25,235 nt of DNA from a virus (Duplodnaviria > Caudoviricetes): IMG/VR virus record IMGVR_UViG_3300031773_000035, positions 1 to 25,235 of that record. The stretch is one strand, 5' to 3'. Numbering within the stretch: position 1 is the first letter of the stretch; each line of letters opens with the position of its first letter. The translations under genes and the position numbers were made by a program. Under the pieces are notes generated by a model. It saw only the letters and a program-made list of their open reading frames with translations, ran no database searches and was not told where the DNA came from. Positions 15,379 to 24,593 of the stretch are shown one piece after another.

Positions 15379-16955
15379 CAGAAGAAGAGATAAGAAGTGC
15401 AATAGAGGATATTCTTCGTAGTGAAGTGACCTTTACGGACGATACTGGTCAACCGTATGATGACGCTAATGTTGAACTTCAAATACAAAAGATCTTTACC
15501 GAAATTGAATCTGCGACAGATCTTTTAACTTACTGGGATCAGTTACAAAAAACTGGACAGAATCAAGACGAACTGACCAATCTCCGAGTAGATATAGTTG
15601 AGCGTGTTGAAACACTAAACAAAGATGAACAGGAAACACCAAAAGGCGTGAGATCTTCCGAAGGTGGTTCAGAGCTTCAGGTTGTGGATGAGACTATTCC
15701 TTCAGCTTGGGAACAACAATTACGAGCAATGGGTTTAATTGTAAAAGGAACTGCAGGAGGGTGGACTTGGGTAGACAATGATGCTAGGACTCGTATTGTC
15801 GATGGCGTGAAAGAGTATCTCAAGAATGAAGGACTGGATGATTTATTAGCTCAGTTCAAGAGTGCGGAGTCATTTAAGGATGTAGCTAAAGCTACAGAAA
15901 TGATTGATGACCCTGATTCATTTGCTGGTCTTACTCGTGGTGGTCTTGAAGCAATGTATGGGACAATTTTCCCAGACAGTGTAGAAGGTTCTTATACAAT
16001 CAGGTCGAGTAATGGCAAGAGTATAGTCGTGAAGCAATCAGAAGTTGACACAGCAGTGTCAATCTTTTCAGCAAAAGAACAAGATGTTACAAACGCCATG
16101 AGGGTTGGTTCTGCTGAAGGTGTACCTTGGGAGCTTTTGATGATGGTGACAAAAGAGACTTTTGATGAGACTCTCGATGTTGGTAGCCGTAAAACCAGTC
16201 TTGGTAATGCAGCCGAAGATATTAAAAGTAATTTGTTGAAATATAACGATGACGAACTTATGGCTTATGTTGCTTCTGTTAATCCTTTTTTAGCAAACAA
16301 AATTTTCAATGCTCCTAATTCATTAACTACAGCAGAGAAAAAACAGAAGGATGCTCTTCTTACACCTTTCAAATCGTGGGTTAATAACCCGACTTCTGAG
16401 ATGCAGTATGACCGAGAGGTTCTTGCATGGGTCGATAATTTAGCTGATTCAGATGCTGCCAAACCGGGTTTAGAGGCTCTTGATCCTGCACAGCTAGACA
16501 GTGAACTAACCAGTCTTTACAAGACTTGGTTCTCTACTGCTCCCTCTGATGAGGATTTGGCAAATTTCCAAAAGCATTTCACTGGGCAGTTGGAGCAATA
16601 CAGGGATCAGCAAGACAAGTTTAATCCTTTGAAAAAACAGTCAGGCTCGTTGTTGGAAAAAGCACCTACATCCAGTCTTTCTGCTAGGTCTTTTTTACAG
16701 GACACAGATTTATACAAGGGTACGTTCGGGAATATGCCTAGTCATTTAACTGAAGAGGAATATGCCTCAACGTACCATAACTATGCAAGCAATGTTCTTG
16801 GGTCTAATTACGCCTTGATGAATCCTGAAATAGCTATGGCTGGAATGAAAGCTGGAGATCTTGATGTTGTTAGAGAAGAGGCTTACAAGACTAATGCACC
16901 AAAGGTGCAAGAGAATAGGACGAAATTGAATGAGGCTATGAGGAGGTTGTTGTGA
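15375..16955 (+). CDS. Acidic helical hypothetical virion protein (about 526 aa)
   Basis: Start reassigned to ATG 15375 (ATGA overlap with the upstream stop at 15376-15378). Long ORF within the structural operon. Confidence 0.6.
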   Translation: MTEEEIRSAIEDILRSEVTFTDDTGQPYDDANVELQIQKIFTEIESATDLLTYWDQLQKTGQNQDELTNLRVDIVERVETLNKDEQETPKGVRSSEGGSELQVVDETIPSAWEQQLRAMGLIVKGTAGGWTWVDNDARTRIVDGVKEYLKNEGLDDLLAQFKSAESFKDVAKATEMIDDPDSFAGLTRGGLEAMYGTIFPDSVEGSYTIRSSNGKSIVVKQSEVDTAVSIFSAKEQDVTNAMRVGSAEGVPWELLMMVTKETFDETLDVGSRKTSLGNAAEDIKSNLLKYNDDELMAYVASVNPFLANKIFNAPNSLTTAEKKQKDALLTPFKSWVNNPTSEMQYDREVLAWVDNLADSDAAKPGLEALDPAQLDSELTSLYKTWFSTAPSDEDLANFQKHFTGQLEQYRDQQDKFNPLKKQSGSLLEKAPTSSLSARSFLQDTDLYKGTFGNMPSHLTEEEYASTYHNYASNVLGSNYALMNPEIAMAGMKAGDLDVVREEAYKTNAPKVQENRTKLNEAMRRLL

Positions 16956-18187
16956 TAGGTCAAATACTATCAGAGAGGAACGTCTGGGTTAGAGACCCTG
17001 CACCTGCCCATATCGCAGGTAGAGCAGGAACCCTAAAACCCCTAAACTCTGGTACAAATTACATCATTTTTGAAGTTGATAATGGTGGAGCTATTCAACA
17101 GATAGTCGTTAAGACTGGAAGAGGAATAGGTACAAACTCTGCTGATGCTATGACTAGAGATGAGTTCACTGAATTTATGGCTGGTGATGTCGTCCTTGCA
17201 GTAGGTGAGAAAACTCCTGCAGAGGCTGGCACCTTCGCATTGCAGTATGCCTATGACATAATGATGTCTGGCTTGGCAGGAACACTCGCAGTCCAAGATC
17301 CTAAAGTTATGGAAATCTACAATCAGGCATGGTCTGGTCAGGGCTTCCTAGACGATGACAATAACTTTGATTTCAGTTCTTTTGAAATGAATATGGTAAT
17401 GACGGATTATTACCAGCAACAAACTGCACGACAGGCACAGTGGAATGATCCTACCTTCAGTGAGGCTGATAGGAATAACTCCATTTTGTCTCAGGCTCAA
17501 AGGTTGATGCAATTACAGAATCAGTACACAGGTCAGCAACTTGACTGGACTGCTCTAAGCACAGATGATGACTTGACTGTCACTGTTGAAGAACTCACCA
17601 ATGGGAATCCTGAGTTGGCTTCTTGGGCTGAAAGGATTGCTTCTGGTGCTGTTGGTGAAGGGTCTGCCATTCTTGAATGGATACAGCCTACCGCTTTAGA
17701 GATTGCCAATAGTCCCTATAACAGGACATTGGAGAATGAAAAAAGAAAAGCAGGTGAGCGTGGGGTTCTCGAAGCTGGCATGTCAGGTCAGGTTGACAGT
17801 TTAAGAGAACGGTATGGTCTAGAAAGTTCTGCACAAGATTTATCAAGTTGGGGTACAAGAATGTACATGAATGAAATTTCCCTAGATGAATTAGAGGAGC
17901 AGTTCAAGCTGGAATCTCAGGCTTTGTATCCGAATAAACCTCTTGATGTTGATTGGAATACTTGGGCTAGTCCTTATCAGACTGCATTTCAGGACGTTCT
18001 TGAAACGTATAAACCTGATTTCAGAGATCCGACTTTACAGGAGTACTTAACTGGTGCTGAAGCTCCTAACTTGTTTGAGTTCAAGAAGAATTTGAGACAG
18101 GATTCTCGTTGGGAAGGTACTAAAAATGCTAGAGACACCTACTACAGGAATTTCAGTCTTGTAGGACAGAAGATGGGATTTATATAA
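16952..18187 (+). CDS. Hypothetical virion (probable internal/ejection) protein, 411 aa
   Basis: GTG start overlaps the upstream TGA, with SD AGGAGG at 16941-16946. The C-terminal LFEFKKNLRQDSRWEGTKNA...MGF segment is a motif I recall from uncultured aquatic phage structural modules (not verified). Confidence 0.6.
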   Translation: MIGQILSERNVWVRDPAPAHIAGRAGTLKPLNSGTNYIIFEVDNGGAIQQIVVKTGRGIGTNSADAMTRDEFTEFMAGDVVLAVGEKTPAEAGTFALQYAYDIMMSGLAGTLAVQDPKVMEIYNQAWSGQGFLDDDNNFDFSSFEMNMVMTDYYQQQTARQAQWNDPTFSEADRNNSILSQAQRLMQLQNQYTGQQLDWTALSTDDDLTVTVEELTNGNPELASWAERIASGAVGEGSAILEWIQPTALEIANSPYNRTLENEKRKAGERGVLEAGMSGQVDSLRERYGLESSAQDLSSWGTRMYMNEISLDELEEQFKLESQALYPNKPLDVDWNTWASPYQTAFQDVLETYKPDFRDPTLQEYLTGAEAPNLFEFKKNLRQDSRWEGTKNARDTYYRNFSLVGQKMGFI

Positions 18188-18188
18188 A

Positions 18189-19721
18189 ATGAGTTTTACA
18201 CAGGGCTGGTGGGCTAACCTTTCCCCAGCAGAGAAGAAACAGTTTGTTGAAGAAAACCCTGATGTCCAGTATGCGACTCGTGATTCGACAGGGAAGGTTG
18301 TTCGTGCTGGAGATCCTTTAGCTGATCCTGAGTTTGTTGTACCTATGAGTGGTATGGCTCCTGAAGCTATGGCTAAATGGGACCCTGTGGGGACAGCGGA
18401 ATTACAGGCACAACAGAATCGTTTTCAGGTTTGGTTATCTCAAAATCCTACTTTGGCAGAAGGTAAGAATAAATTCTCGGCTTGGGAGTTGTTTCACTCT
18501 AGTGAAAGGGTGTGGGGTCAAGGTTCAACAACAGACCCATTTATACCACCAAGTGATGAAACTGTACAGACAGGAGGATTTGATCCTTCACTTAGTAACC
18601 CTAACGATCAAGGTGGGGTTTACAATCAGAACCCAGCTAATCAAGTTGCCGAAGGTTTAGTAGCTAAGATAGCAGCAGATTTTCCTTGGGCTTCAGAGTT
18701 TGGCTTCTTGGATATGATAAAAGATTTAGCTATCGAGAACGCTACTGCAGAACAAATCGTAGCTGAGTTACGAGCTTCTGAAGTTTACAAACAACAGTTC
18801 CCCGGCATGGCTGGATCTGGTGGTATAAGACGTTTTGACAATGAAGGTCAATATATATCTGCTCGCCGTAATCTAAGAAATGTTCTTATAGATTATGGTG
18901 CTTACGATCCTGCTACTGACTCCCCTATGGATTATGTGGCTTTCTTTGATGCTGGTATTGAATCTAATGAACTAGCCTCAAGGTTTGATTATTACAGGGC
19001 TCTTGAAGAAGGCTCTAGAGATCTTCGGGACGCTTTCTTTGTTTATGCAGGGATGGAAGTTTCAGTAGATGATTTGTTTCAAGCTACAGTTTCTCCACAG
19101 TTCAGGAATGAACTGGTGAATAATTACGATCAAAATGTTGCTTCGCAACCTTTGGATTATGCAACCTATATTGACAGGGCTCGTCAAGTCTCTACAAATG
19201 CTGTTGTAGAGACTCTGGAAAGAATGCAGGCAAGAGGAGATATGACAGGAACTGCCGTGTCTCGTGTATTGCAATTAGATCCAGAGTTTGGACAGCGACT
19301 CATGGCTTCTATATTCACTGGTGGAGGTTCAGCAGCAGATACCAGAACTATGCAGTTGCCAGAATTAACTAGAGCTTTTGAGTATGCAGTCATGGGATCA
19401 GCAGCTACACAAGCTGGCTTTGCTATTCCTGACAAGGCACGTTTAGAAGAGTTCCGTCAAGCTGGTATTGACTCAGCAAAATTGACTACTGCATATTCCA
19501 GACTAGGTGAAAAAGGTTCTGCTTTGAGTGGAATGTTGAACAGGGTTAATCGTGGTGCAGATTTTGGCAGAGAGCTTTTAGATCAGGAACTTTTAGGCAA
19601 AGGTAAAGAGATTCATTACGCTCAACAGGCAGAAAGAGCGCTTGGACAACGTGCTGGTGGGTTCCAAATGGGTCAAGAAGGCACAAGATTTACACAAACA
19701 GGTCGTTCTCTCTCGTATTAG
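18189..19721 (+). CDS. Hypothetical virion (probable internal/ejection) protein, 510 aa
   Basis: Starts 1 nt after the upstream stop. Contains the ELRASEVYKQQFPG...YISARRNLRNVLIDYG segment. Last gene before the scaffold. Confidence 0.6.
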   Translation: MSFTQGWWANLSPAEKKQFVEENPDVQYATRDSTGKVVRAGDPLADPEFVVPMSGMAPEAMAKWDPVGTAELQAQQNRFQVWLSQNPTLAEGKNKFSAWELFHSSERVWGQGSTTDPFIPPSDETVQTGGFDPSLSNPNDQGGVYNQNPANQVAEGLVAKIAADFPWASEFGFLDMIKDLAIENATAEQIVAELRASEVYKQQFPGMAGSGGIRRFDNEGQYISARRNLRNVLIDYGAYDPATDSPMDYVAFFDAGIESNELASRFDYYRALEEGSRDLRDAFFVYAGMEVSVDDLFQATVSPQFRNELVNNYDQNVASQPLDYATYIDRARQVSTNAVVETLERMQARGDMTGTAVSRVLQLDPEFGQRLMASIFTGGGSAADTRTMQLPELTRAFEYAVMGSAATQAGFAIPDKARLEEFRQAGIDSAKLTTAYSRLGEKGSALSGMLNRVNRGADFGRELLDQELLGKGKEIHYAQQAERALGQRAGGFQMGQEGTRFTQTGRSLSY

Positions 19722-19812
19722 TAAACACTTTTTGGGAGAGGTAGTGAACCATTCCTCGATGATTTACCTCGGAATCATTGAGCGTAGGTAACACCGAGCG
19801 TAGGAGAAGATC

Positions 19813-20283
19813 ATGGATGATTACGATGACGATGAAGTCACCGAAGAGACAGGATCAACCCTTCGGCGAAAGCTGGAGGAGACAATTAGTGAAAATAGGC
19901 AATTAACTACTGAATTATCCAACCTGAAAGCCCAAGAGGTGATTGCAGAGAATGGATACAGCTTAGTTAAAGTCGATGATCTACTAGATGTCAACCTTAG
20001 TGAAATGACTGAAAAGGCAAGTCTGATCCAAGAGGAACGGACAAACCAACAGGTCGATCTTGCTAAGGACATGCTTGCTAGAAAAGGGTATGTAGGAGAT
20101 GAGTTGGATAAGGCAGTCAATGACTTCCTTACTCCCACACAAACTCCTGCTAAACAAGACGTAGCGGCACATCAGAGAACTCGTACAGTCTCTGCGATAG
20201 GTGGCAATGCCACCCCAGTGAATGATACGACAGATTTAATGGGCTTAGATGCTATTGATGCAGCCCTCAGAGGCAAGCAGTAA
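19813..20283 (+). CDS. Capsid scaffolding/assembly protein
   Basis: Acidic N-terminus, coiled-coil (LRRKLEETISENRQLTTELSNLKAQ), flexible linker and short C-terminal helix. Directly upstream of the major capsid gene. SD AGGAG. Confidence 0.75.
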   Translation: MDDYDDDEVTEETGSTLRRKLEETISENRQLTTELSNLKAQEVIAENGYSLVKVDDLLDVNLSEMTEKASLIQEERTNQQVDLAKDMLARKGYVGDELDKAVNDFLTPTQTPAKQDVAAHQRTRTVSAIGGNATPVNDTTDLMGLDAIDAALRGKQ

Positions 20284-20316
20284 ACCTACTACTGACTACC
20301 TACTAAGGAGAAAAAA

Positions 20317-21252
20317 ATGGCTACAGGAAGCCTTTCGCTTCTTGAGGCAGCCAAATATGGTTCGACCACTCTTGGTCGTGGTGTTGTTTCAACACTAATC
20401 CAAGAGTCACCGATCCTTGAAATGCTCCCATTTACGAGCATTACTGGCAACGCCCTCAAGGTAAGCGTTGAGGATACCCTTCCAACCCCTGCTTTCCGTG
20501 ATGTCAATGAATCTTACACTCGTTCACATGGAACTGACACCGAGCGTTTCTTCGGTTGCTCAATTCTTGGTGGCGAGGTATTCATAGATAATTACATTGT
20601 CCGAGTTCAGGCTGACCAAATATCAGCTAAAGCTCGTCAGTACTCAAAATTCGCTAAAGCGATGTCACGAGTATTCGACAAGTATTTCTTTGACGGCACA
20701 GGAACTGCAAAGGATTTCAAGGGTATCAACTCCCTCATTTCAGAGGGTCTAGGGCAGACAATATCAGCAGGCACTAACGGTGCTACGCTGACATTGGACA
20801 TGCTCGATCAAACATTCGACTCGTTGCGTTCGCAATCAAGTCCTGATGTTTTGTTGATGAACCGTGTCAATAGACGCAAGATCAACAGCTTGGCTCGTAG
20901 CACCTACTCAGGTGTGAGCCTTATTGACGTAGGAACAGACTCGTTCGGTAGACAAGTTAATATCTACAACGGTGTTCCTATCCGTATTGTTGGCGATGAC
21001 TCGAGTGGCACAGCCATTCTTGGTCATGACGAGACTCAAGGAAATCAAAACGCATCATCTTCCATTTATGCAATGGCTTTTGGAACAGATGAAAACGTCT
21101 ACGGTATTCTTGGTCTTGGCGGATCATTCGATGTCGTAGATTTCGGCGAAACAGAGGCGGCTCCCGGTCACCTTGGTCGTGTTGAAGTCTACCCCGGCAT
21201 CGTTGTGGCTAACAGTTTCTCAGTTTGTCGTCTAGCTGGCGTAAACGCTTAA
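20317..21252 (+). CDS. Major capsid protein, HK97 fold (epsilon15 gp7 / BPP-1-like pattern)
   Basis: 311 aa with LSLLEAAK...SPILEMLPF...GNA...LPTPAFRDVNE...ILGGEVFID...FDG...FKGI...LTLDMLD...YNGVPI...SSIYA...RLAGV. Strong SD AAGGAG. Follows the scaffold. Confidence 0.9.
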   Translation: MATGSLSLLEAAKYGSTTLGRGVVSTLIQESPILEMLPFTSITGNALKVSVEDTLPTPAFRDVNESYTRSHGTDTERFFGCSILGGEVFIDNYIVRVQADQISAKARQYSKFAKAMSRVFDKYFFDGTGTAKDFKGINSLISEGLGQTISAGTNGATLTLDMLDQTFDSLRSQSSPDVLLMNRVNRRKINSLARSTYSGVSLIDVGTDSFGRQVNIYNGVPIRIVGDDSSGTAILGHDETQGNQNASSSIYAMAFGTDENVYGILGLGGSFDVVDFGETEAAPGHLGRVEVYPGIVVANSFSVCRLAGVNA

Positions 21253-21266
21253 GGAGGCTGATAATA

Positions 21267-21677
21267 ATGGCACAAGCAACAAGAACAGTAGGACCCGGCA
21301 CCATAATAAATGATGCCAATGCACCTACATTACAAGCCACAGGCAATGTGACTTCAGATACAACAGGATCATGGGTTCAGGTTGATCGTCCTTGTGACGT
21401 TCAAGTTGAAATGGCTCTTGGAACCATCGGAGGATCTGTAACAGGATTCGATGTTGAGATTCAAGGTGCTGATGACGGAAGTGGAACTAACACAGTTTCT
21501 TACGGACGTTTCGATACTGTTGGAGCTTCTGATGATGACACAACACGCCGTATGGCAGCCCATGTGTACAAGCCGTACATGAGGGCAGTTATGGACCACA
21601 CAGGTTCTGGCAACGTGGGTGTGACTATCAAAGTCCGCACCACCCATAATCAGGTAACTGATTCAACTACCGCTTAG
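21267..21677 (+). CDS. Capsid cement/decoration protein (beta-jelly-roll type), about 136 aa
   Basis: Start reassigned to ATG 21267 after SD AAGGAGG. Beta-rich, with a VEIQGADD...PYMRA pattern. Its position right after the MCP matches Bbp16/epsilon15 gp10-type cement genes. Confidence 0.6.
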   Translation: MAQATRTVGPGTIINDANAPTLQATGNVTSDTTGSWVQVDRPCDVQVEMALGTIGGSVTGFDVEIQGADDGSGTNTVSYGRFDTVGASDDDTTRRMAAHVYKPYMRAVMDHTGSGNVGVTIKVRTTHNQVTDSTTA

Positions 21678-21691
21678 GCGGTCCACCATAG

Positions 21692-21727
21692 GCTAGGGGC
21701 ATCCGACTTAGGTCGGGTGTCCCAAGC
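21692..21727 (+). terminator. GC-rich RNA hairpin after the capsid/cement genes (terminator, attenuator or stabiliser)
   Basis: GCTAGGGGCATCCGAC-TTAG-GTCGGGTGTCCCAAGC. The G-U pairs favour the + strand. No U-tract follows. Confidence 0.55.
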
Positions 21728-21754
21728 TGATGGGTGGATATAGGAAAGGTTTAT

Positions 21755-22252
21755 ATGTCATCAGACACATTAAACAGCAAGACATGGAATGTTCTTGCGA
21801 CAGTAGATAAATGGGAGAAGGAAGAGGACTTTCTTGCAGGTAAACCTGCAGATGATGTTACCTCTCTTGAAGATAACCTTCTTCTAAATGAGGGCATTAA
21901 CCTTCTCTTAGATCTCTTAATCGGAGCAGGTGGAACCGCTTTCAATAATGGAAATAGTTATATAGGTGTGGGAGACAGTAGTGCCTCCCCAGCCGCCGCA
22001 CAAACAGGTTTGCAGGCTTCTTCTAATAAATCGTATAAGGCTATGGAATCCTCGTACCCTTCTCGCTCTGGTCAGACAGTGACTTGGCGTTCAATTTGGG
22101 GATCAAGCGATGGTAACTTCGCTTGGAATGAATGGTCTATTGCTAATGGCAATTCCAATAGTTCAACGAACCTGAATAGAAAGGTAGCTTCTTTAGGAAC
22201 AAAGGCTTCAGGATCAAGTTGGACACTAACAGTAACAATAACGGTGTCCTAA
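21755..22252 (+). CDS. Conserved virion structural protein (fibre-base/collar-like), about 165 aa
   Basis: Start reassigned to ATG 21755 after AGGAAAGG. NLLLNEG...YIGVGD...FAWNEW...LNRKV...GTK...WTLTVTITVS is a pattern typical of phage tail-collar/fibre attachment proteins. Confidence 0.6.
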   Translation: MSSDTLNSKTWNVLATVDKWEKEEDFLAGKPADDVTSLEDNLLLNEGINLLLDLLIGAGGTAFNNGNSYIGVGDSSASPAAAQTGLQASSNKSYKAMESSYPSRSGQTVTWRSIWGSSDGNFAWNEWSIANGNSNSSTNLNRKVASLGTKASGSSWTLTVTITVS

Positions 22253-22253
22253 T

Positions 22254-23492
22254 ATGGCTACTAATTATCCTTCATCTCTTGACACCTCTACTCAACAGCC
22301 GTCACCGACAGCATCTACAGAAATGGATGATGCCGGTTTTTTGCATGACGAAGTTCATACAAATGCTTCTGGCGCTATTATTGCGTTGGAAACGAAACTT
22401 GGTGTCGGAGCTACAACGGCTGCCACTGCTTCGACTAACCATGTACTTGTAAAGCAAGCAGATGGGGACACTGAATGGGCTGCTGCCCCTTCTAGTACTC
22501 CTACAGTAATTACGGTAGCTGACACTACTGACACTACGTGTTCAGTAGCTTTGTTTGAAGATGCTACTGGTGATCTTGCTCCTAAGACTGATGGTGGTGC
22601 CACATACAATGCTGGCACTGGGGTTTTAACAGCGACAGGGTTCGCTGGACCGCTTACTGGTAATGTTACTGGTAATGCTTCAGGTTCGGCTGGTTCCTGT
22701 ACAGGCAACTCTGCCACAGCTACAAACAGTACTACAGTCACTGTTGCTGATACCACTGACACCTCATGCAGTGTGGCTCTCTTTGAATCAGCTACAGGTT
22801 CACTAGGGGCTAAGACCGATGGAGGTGTAACTTACAACGCTGGCACTGGAACATTAACCGCTACTGCTTTCGCTGGTGCTTTGACAGGTAATGTCACAGG
22901 TAATGCTTCTGGTACAGCGGCGACTGTTACAGGTGCTGCACAAAGCGCTATCACTTCTGTTGGGGCTTTAACAGGTTTAACTATTGGTAGCGATGGTAAT
23001 GGTGGGGACGTAACTTTCCACTCAGACACAGCGGGTGACGCTCTCGTCTGGGATTCCTCAGCGGAATCTCTGACAATAACAGGAACTAATGCCCAAACAG
23101 CGTTGGCGGTAGCTGACGGTAATGTCACTATGGCTGACGATCTTACTGTGACAGGTGGTATTGTCGGCGGGAGTGTAGTAGCTCCTATAGCTTTTAATAA
23201 CCAGACAGGCACCACGTACACTTTCGTAATCGGCGACGCTGGAAAACTCGTTACTTCTTCTAACGGTTCCGCACAAACATTCACAGTGCCACCAAATTCT
23301 TCAGTGGCTTACGCAATAGGTACTCAGATCATTGTTCAGAACATTGGTTCAGCTAACTGCACTTTGGCTCAAGGGTCGGGTGTGACGATAACGTCTGTTG
23401 ATTCTTCGAAAGAGATCGACGGGCAGTACGCTTCTGCATGTTTGATTAAAACTGCTACTGATGCTTGGACACTTATTGGTAAGCTAGCTTAA
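22254..23492 (+). CDS. Fibre protein (Thr/Gly/Ala-rich) with an internal 60-aa duplication
   Basis: N-terminal MATNYPSSLD...H..VH...AIIALETKLG anchor. TGNVTGNA repeats. C-terminal NNQTGTTYTF..GDAGKLVT...QYA...LIK...W beta domain common in phage fibres. Confidence 0.7.
   Translation: MATNYPSSLDTSTQQPSPTASTEMDDAGFLHDEVHTNASGAIIALETKLGVGATTAATASTNHVLVKQADGDTEWAAAPSSTPTVITVADTTDTTCSVALFEDATGDLAPKTDGGATYNAGTGVLTATGFAGPLTGNVTGNASGSAGSCTGNSATATNSTTVTVADTTDTSCSVALFESATGSLGAKTDGGVTYNAGTGTLTATAFAGALTGNVTGNASGTAATVTGAAQSAITSVGALTGLTIGSDGNGGDVTFHSDTAGDALVWDSSAESLTITGTNAQTALAVADGNVTMADDLTVTGGIVGGSVVAPIAFNNQTGTTYTFVIGDAGKLVTSSNGSAQTFTVPPNSSVAYAIGTQIIVQNIGSANCTLAQGSGVTITSVDSSKEIDGQYASACLIKTATDAWTLIGKLA
22512..22919 (+). 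repeat. Diverged direct duplication within the fibre gene (22512-22691 and 22740-22919, period 228 nt)
   Basis: TVADTTDT(T/S)CSVALFE(D/S)ATG.L..KTDGG.TYNAGTG.LTAT.FAG.LTGNVTGNASG.A occurs twice, with many synonymous differences. Confidence 0.85.
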
Positions 23493-23507
23493 TAAAGGGG
23501 GCTTAAA

Positions 23508-24593
23508 ATGACTTTTAATCCACTTATTATAGGGTCGATACAAGAATCAGGTGCGTCAGCTCTTATGACCTACTCGACTAGTGGGTCACCTGTTCTTCGT
23601 ACTCACACCACTTATTCGTCTTTGACATGGACAGGTTCAGGCTCGTTTACTATTTTGACTAATCCGAACAGTCTTACTTTCGATTATATGATTGTCGCAG
23701 GTGGAGGTGCTGGAGGAACTACTGACGACTGTATGGGTGGCGGAGGAGGTGGCGGTGGTGTTCGTGTGTTCACTAGCCAAACTTTAAGCATTGCGGCTCA
23801 CACAGTTACTATCGGAGCAGGCGGTACTGCCGCTTGGAATGTAACTACATCTGGTTCGGGAGGTAACACTACCTTTTCAAGCAATACAACGACAGGTGGA
23901 GGTGGGGGCGGTAACCGTAACCCGGGAATAGGTTACCCTTCTTATGGATACCAAGTTGGTGCGACTGGTGGTGCTGGTGGAGGCGGTGGAACTTCCAGAA
24001 GTCATCAAGGAGCCGCAGGTGGCGCAGGTAACCAAGGCAGTTACTCTCCTGTAGAGGGAGTTAATGGTGCTACGGGTTTCGTGGATTGGGGTTATCCAAC
24101 AATAAATAATCAGGGTGCCGGCGGTGGCGGTGGTGGTGCCACTCTTTCGGGAGCGTCTGGTGGTGGAACTGGTACTACTCAAACAGCGCAGTCTTGGACT
24201 GTAAAAAGGAAAGGTTCTGCTGGGCAAACCAACAATTACATGACTGGCGCTACGATTACTGACCCTTACACAGGTGGGACTACTGCTTTCGGTGGAGGCG
24301 GTGGAGCGCCTCAGGCTCAAGGTAATTCATATCCCGGTTTTGGCGGGCTTTTGTATCGACTTGATTCAAATGGCGGCGAGTATGAACTTGATTCCACTGG
24401 TTGTACTGCGGGTGGTACTGGTCGTGGAGGTGCTGGAAGTTCGTATTCTGGAGCGGCGTCGGCTCCCGGTGCTGGAGTCGCTAATTCTGGTGGCGGTGGC
24501 GGTGGAAGATACCCTGATGGAAACGTGTCGTCACGATTAGGAGGTAACGGTGGGTCAGGCGTTGTTGTACTTCGTTGGGTAACGGAGGGTTAA
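23508..24593 (+). CDS. Glycine-rich adhesin / receptor-binding fibre-tip protein
   Basis: YMIVAGGGAGG...GGGGGGG...VTIGAGG...GGGGG...GNGGSGVVVLRW: polyglycine-rich motifs separated by variable loops, located in the fibre cluster. Confidence 0.7.
   Translation: MTFNPLIIGSIQESGASALMTYSTSGSPVLRTHTTYSSLTWTGSGSFTILTNPNSLTFDYMIVAGGGAGGTTDDCMGGGGGGGGVRVFTSQTLSIAAHTVTIGAGGTAAWNVTTSGSGGNTTFSSNTTTGGGGGGNRNPGIGYPSYGYQVGATGGAGGGGGTSRSHQGAAGGAGNQGSYSPVEGVNGATGFVDWGYPTINNQGAGGGGGGATLSGASGGGTGTTQTAQSWTVKRKGSAGQTNNYMTGATITDPYTGGTTAFGGGGGAPQAQGNSYPGFGGLLYRLDSNGGEYELDSTGCTAGGTGRGGAGSSYSGAASAPGAGVANSGGGGGGRYPDGNVSSRLGGNGGSGVVVLRWVTEG

Noticed and set aside
21225-21266. Programmed frameshift fusing the capsid protein to the cement protein (frames overlap at the MCP end)
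   Set aside because: No slippery heptamer, and the downstream gene has its own strong SD (AAGGAGG) and ATG at 21267.
1120-24540. Numerous antisense and alternative-frame ORFs nested in the large genes (e.g. 1289-1684, 4690-5139, 22355-22762, 23877-24320)
   Set aside because: Shadows of the codon bias of well-supported + strand genes, with no motifs or RBS.
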